In this document: positions 55,293-58,096 of the stretch, piece after piece
How the letters are laid out: the number at the start of each line of letters is the position of its first letter
Position numbering within the stretch: position 1 is the stretch's first letter
Assembly: GCA_039932995.1 (NCBI GenBank)
Contig: JBDTOZ010000826.1
Coordinates: 1-58,096, forward strand
Source of the DNA: Acidobacteriota bacterium
GTDB taxonomy: Bacteria; Acidobacteriota; Thermoanaerobaculia; Gp7-AA8
Reading direction: 5' to 3'
Length of the DNA stretch: 58,096 nt
The notes under the pieces: model-generated
Seen by the model: only the letters and a program-made list of their open reading frames with translations
What the model was told of the DNA's origin: nothing
The model's database searches: none
Position numbers and translations under genes: made by a program

Positions 55293-58096
55293 ATGTCCTC
55301 CGCCCCTCTGGGACCCTTCCTCATCGGTGAACGTGCCGGTTCGTCGGTGTGGTTTGCCGAAGACACACGCAATGGGAAGGCGATCGCGATCAAGTTGCTC
55401 ACGCGTCAGCTTCCGAAAGAGAGTGCCAAGCGCGAGGCACTCATCCGTGAAGTGCGGGTCGCGGCCGCGCTGTACCACACCTTCCTCGTGCCCATCCTGG
55501 AGATCCTTCAGCACGAGGACAACTTGCTCATGGTCATGGATCGACTGGAGGCCGTGCCCGTTCCACGGAAGGTGCAAGCGCATCCCTCGGAACGGACGGA
55601 GTTCTTCCAGCTCGCCTACCAGCTCGCCTCGGTGGTGAAGTACCTCCACACCAAGAACATCCTTCACGGCAACATCAACGGCGATTCCGTCCTGGTGACG
55701 CCCGACGGGCAGATCAAATTGGGCGGACTCAACACCGGGAATCTGCTGCGCCGCGATCACTCCTCGAACGCCTATCAGCAGAAGAGTAGCGACGCGCGTT
55801 GTGTGGCGTATTTCGCGCCCGAGCAGATCGCCACGTCCACGCTCGAAGAGCGAACCGATCTCTTTTCAGTCGGTACGGTGCTGTATGAGCTGGCCACCGG
55901 CAAGCTGCCGTTCCAGGGCGCAACCCCCGTGGACATTGCGCGCGCGATTGTGGAGGGACAGCCACTCTCCCCGAAGGCGGCCAATCCTCAGATCGACGGT
56001 GGGGTGATGAGTGTGCTGGGTGCGTGTCTCTTCAAAGATCCGTTCAAGCGGGTCAAGGATGCGCGAGCACTGGTCGAGGCAATCGACAGACTCGATCCGG
56101 CGGCGGCGCAGTTCGCCCATCAACTGGAGAAACGCGTCGCCACGCCGGCGACCGCGGCCGCGGAAGTGCGGCGCTCCATCCTTCTGGTGGCCGAGGTTCC
56201 GCACTACGACGACTTGGCTGCCGAAGATCCGGAACAGGCCGCCAAGGTCGCCGCGCAGATGCAGCAGATCCTCGGGGAATCGGTGTATCTCTTCGATGGC
56301 AAGGTGATCGACCCGTTTGCGACGAGGCTTGTGGCGGAGTTGCCCAGCGTCGAGGCGGCGTTCGAAGCCGGCCGCAAGGCGGAGTTCGACCTGACGCCCG
56401 AACAGCAGGAGGGAGAGCCGCTCGATGTGCGCATGCTCCTGCACGCGGGGGAGCTGGAGATCCGCGACGGAGTGGCCACGGGCGCCGCGGTGGAGCGAGC
56501 CCTGAACACGCTGCGTCACCTTCCGCCGAACGTCCTCTTCATCTCCGAGGAGCTCGTCAAAGAAGGGCGAGGAAACCTCCGCCTGCGCGATGCAGGGGCC
56601 AAGGCGGGACTGAAGCTCTACACCATCGTCCCTCCCGAGCCGGCGGCAACGCCGGAGACCGAGCTCACTCCGGTGCCGGTAGCGGCATCGTCCGAGGCAC
56701 CCCTGCCTGAAGAGGTACCGGTCGTCCCCAAGGCGGGGATGCGCAATCCGTTGCTGTTGATCGGCGCCGTGGCCGGGCTGGTCCTGCTCGTGGGTCTCGC
56801 GGTCGGCGTCATGTGGATGCGGGGACGGAGTCGCGGCGAGGTTGCTGCACCGACGACCACCGCCTCCGCGGCGTCGCAGATCCCCACGGCGCGAAATCCA
56901 AAGAGCGTGTACTTACCGCCCGTCGTCGTGGAAGGGACAGATCCCACGCTGACCGAGCGCGCGAATGCGATCCGTCTTGGCGCGATCGAGATCCTGCGCT
57001 CCTTCCCCGAGTTGCGCATCGTGGACGGGGCTTCCCCGGACGCCGCCGTCGTGTCGACGCGCGTGCGCACCGGCGCGGCGGGACCCGAGCTCGTGACCGG
57101 TGACGGAGTCAAGGCGGCCGCGCCTGTGGCCCTGCTGGATCCGGCCAGCGGCATCCGCGCGATCGTGGAGCAGGTGATCCGCACCACGGGAGCGAAGCCT
57201 CGAAGCTTCGCCGTAGCCGAGGCGCTGAACTCGTTTGCCGACGCGGTGGTCGCGCAGTCTCTCAACGACGGCGCGCGGACCGATGCCTCTCTGCGCCATG
57301 CGCTGGTCTCCGATCCGACCCTTCTCCCGGCGCAGCTCATGGCCATGCAGTTCTTCACCGATGCGGGGAAGAACGAGGACGCGCTGGCCGCGGCCCGCCA
57401 GGTGGCCACGCTCGATCCGTCCAACATCGATGCGGCCCGACGGGTGGCGCGCGCGGGCATGGCCAGCGGAGATCTGCTGCAGGCCTTCACGTTCTACAAC
57501 ATCGTTCTGCAGCGTGAGCCGGCCGACGCGGAGGCGCTCAATCTCGTGGCGCGCTACGCGCTCTCGGTCAACGACGCGGCGAAATTCAACGCCACGCTCG
57601 TCAGGCTCAAGGCCGTTCCGGCCATGCAGGTGGGGGCACACGAGCCCGATCTGCTCGCGGCCACCGGCCGCCTCGGCGTGGCCGCGGAGAAGTACTACGA
57701 CGTGGCCGCCTCGGGCCGAGGGAACGCCGATCTCTCCCTGAAAATGGGCCGGCTGTACGTGCTGCGGCATACGCTCTCCCTGGCGGACGAAGAGCTGAAA
57801 AAGCTCAGCCAGTCGGATCCGCTGTATGGTCAACCGATGCTGAAGGCGTACATCGCGGCGGAGAACCGGGATGCAGCAATGGCCAGAAGCGAGCTGACCC
57901 GGGCCTTGACGGCGGCCACCCCGGGAGATGGCTCGTCGACGTCGGCTGCCGAGGTCTACGCGATCCTCAACGACACCGGGGGTGTGTTGACCTCCCTTGA
58001 AAATGCGGCGAAGCGCAAGGAGCCGACGGCTGCCTACGTGCTGGCCAATCCGCTGTTCCGCTACCTGGAGAGCGAACCGCGCTTCCAGAAAGTGCG
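55293..58096 (+). CDS. pseudokinase / degenerate cyclase-homology domain / TM / TPR-like protein, 3' end outside the window
   Basis: My own translation of this frame is open from the ATG at 55293 to the window end. The gene is absent from the ORF track because it has no stop. Kinase fold with IAIK and APE retained, but HRD is replaced by HGN and DFG by GGL. TM helix LLLIGAVAGLVLLVGLAVGVMW. Confidence 0.8.
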   Translation, partial: MSSAPLGPFLIGERAGSSVWFAEDTRNGKAIAIKLLTRQLPKESAKREALIREVRVAAALYHTFLVPILEILQHEDNLLMVMDRLEAVPVPRKVQAHPSERTEFFQLAYQLASVVKYLHTKNILHGNINGDSVLVTPDGQIKLGGLNTGNLLRRDHSSNAYQQKSSDARCVAYFAPEQIATSTLEERTDLFSVGTVLYELATGKLPFQGATPVDIARAIVEGQPLSPKAANPQIDGGVMSVLGACLFKDPFKRVKDARALVEAIDRLDPAAAQFAHQLEKRVATPATAAAEVRRSILLVAEVPHYDDLAAEDPEQAAKVAAQMQQILGESVYLFDGKVIDPFATRLVAELPSVEAAFEAGRKAEFDLTPEQQEGEPLDVRMLLHAGELEIRDGVATGAAVERALNTLRHLPPNVLFISEELVKEGRGNLRLRDAGAKAGLKLYTIVPPEPAATPETELTPVPVAASSEAPLPEEVPVVPKAGMRNPLLLIGAVAGLVLLVGLAVGVMWMRGRSRGEVAAPTTTASAASQIPTARNPKSVYLPPVVVEGTDPTLTERANAIRLGAIEILRSFPELRIVDGASPDAAVVSTRVRTGAAGPELVTGDGVKAAAPVALLDPASGIRAIVEQVIRTTGAKPRSFAVAEALNSFADAVVAQSLNDGARTDASLRHALVSDPTLLPAQLMAMQFFTDAGKNEDALAAARQVATLDPSNIDAARRVARAGMASGDLLQAFTFYNIVLQREPADAEALNLVARYALSVNDAAKFNATLVRLKAVPAMQVGAHEPDLLAATGRLGVAAEKYYDVAASGRGNADLSLKMGRLYVLRHTLSLADEELKKLSQSDPLYGQPMLKAYIAAENRDAAMARSELTRALTAATPGDGSSTSAAEVYAILNDTGGVLTSLENAAKRKEPTAAYVLANPLFRYLESEPRFQKV

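Overview
High-GC (~65%) bacterial chromosomal window. The gene content (PEGA-domain Ser/Thr kinase, 11-subunit nuo, FG-GAP and PKD giant secreted proteins) suggests an Acidobacteriota-like lineage, but that is inference only. Contents in order: (1) Ser/Thr kinase plus a translationally coupled secreted protein, def, a DUF4160/DUF2442 pair, DUF4920, membrane H+-pyrophosphatase, and two tandem OmpA-like lipoproteins. (2) A MidA/NDUFAF7-like methyltransferase followed by an 11-gene nuoABCDHIJKLMN operon with no nuoEFG. It runs without a terminator into atpZ-atpI-atpB-atpE. NuoB carries a C-terminal RnfB-type 4-Cys Fe-S domain. (3) An XRE-HTH/TPR/secreted-protein operon. (4) A ~22 kb glycan island made of two convergent operons, with wzm and wzt separated by ~9 kb. 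That insert encodes an FG-GAP protein, a domain-less 473-aa secreted protein and a ~1767-aa PKD-repeat protein. The island also holds GT2/GT4 transferases, methyltransferases, GNAT, a lone receiver domain, a PIG-L-GT2-coiled-coil enzyme, an LpxL-like acyltransferase and a NodB deacetylase. (5) GAF-GGDEF, tpiA, secG, tRNA-Leu(GAG), accC plus a BCCP-like gene, and a 3'-truncated pseudokinase/cyclase-like/TPR protein that is absent from the ORF track. The signal least explained by the genes is a family of intergenic palindromes whose arms are tandem 7-nt arrays, found at 9 or more loci. Four of them punctuate the nuo operon. Also present are a ~180-bp MITE-like repeat in two inverted copies and a recurring CCCTATAAT -10 context placed for leaderless or near-leaderless starts. 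No CRISPR array, rRNA, transposase or integrase was seen. Most long antisense ORFs in the track are GC artefacts.
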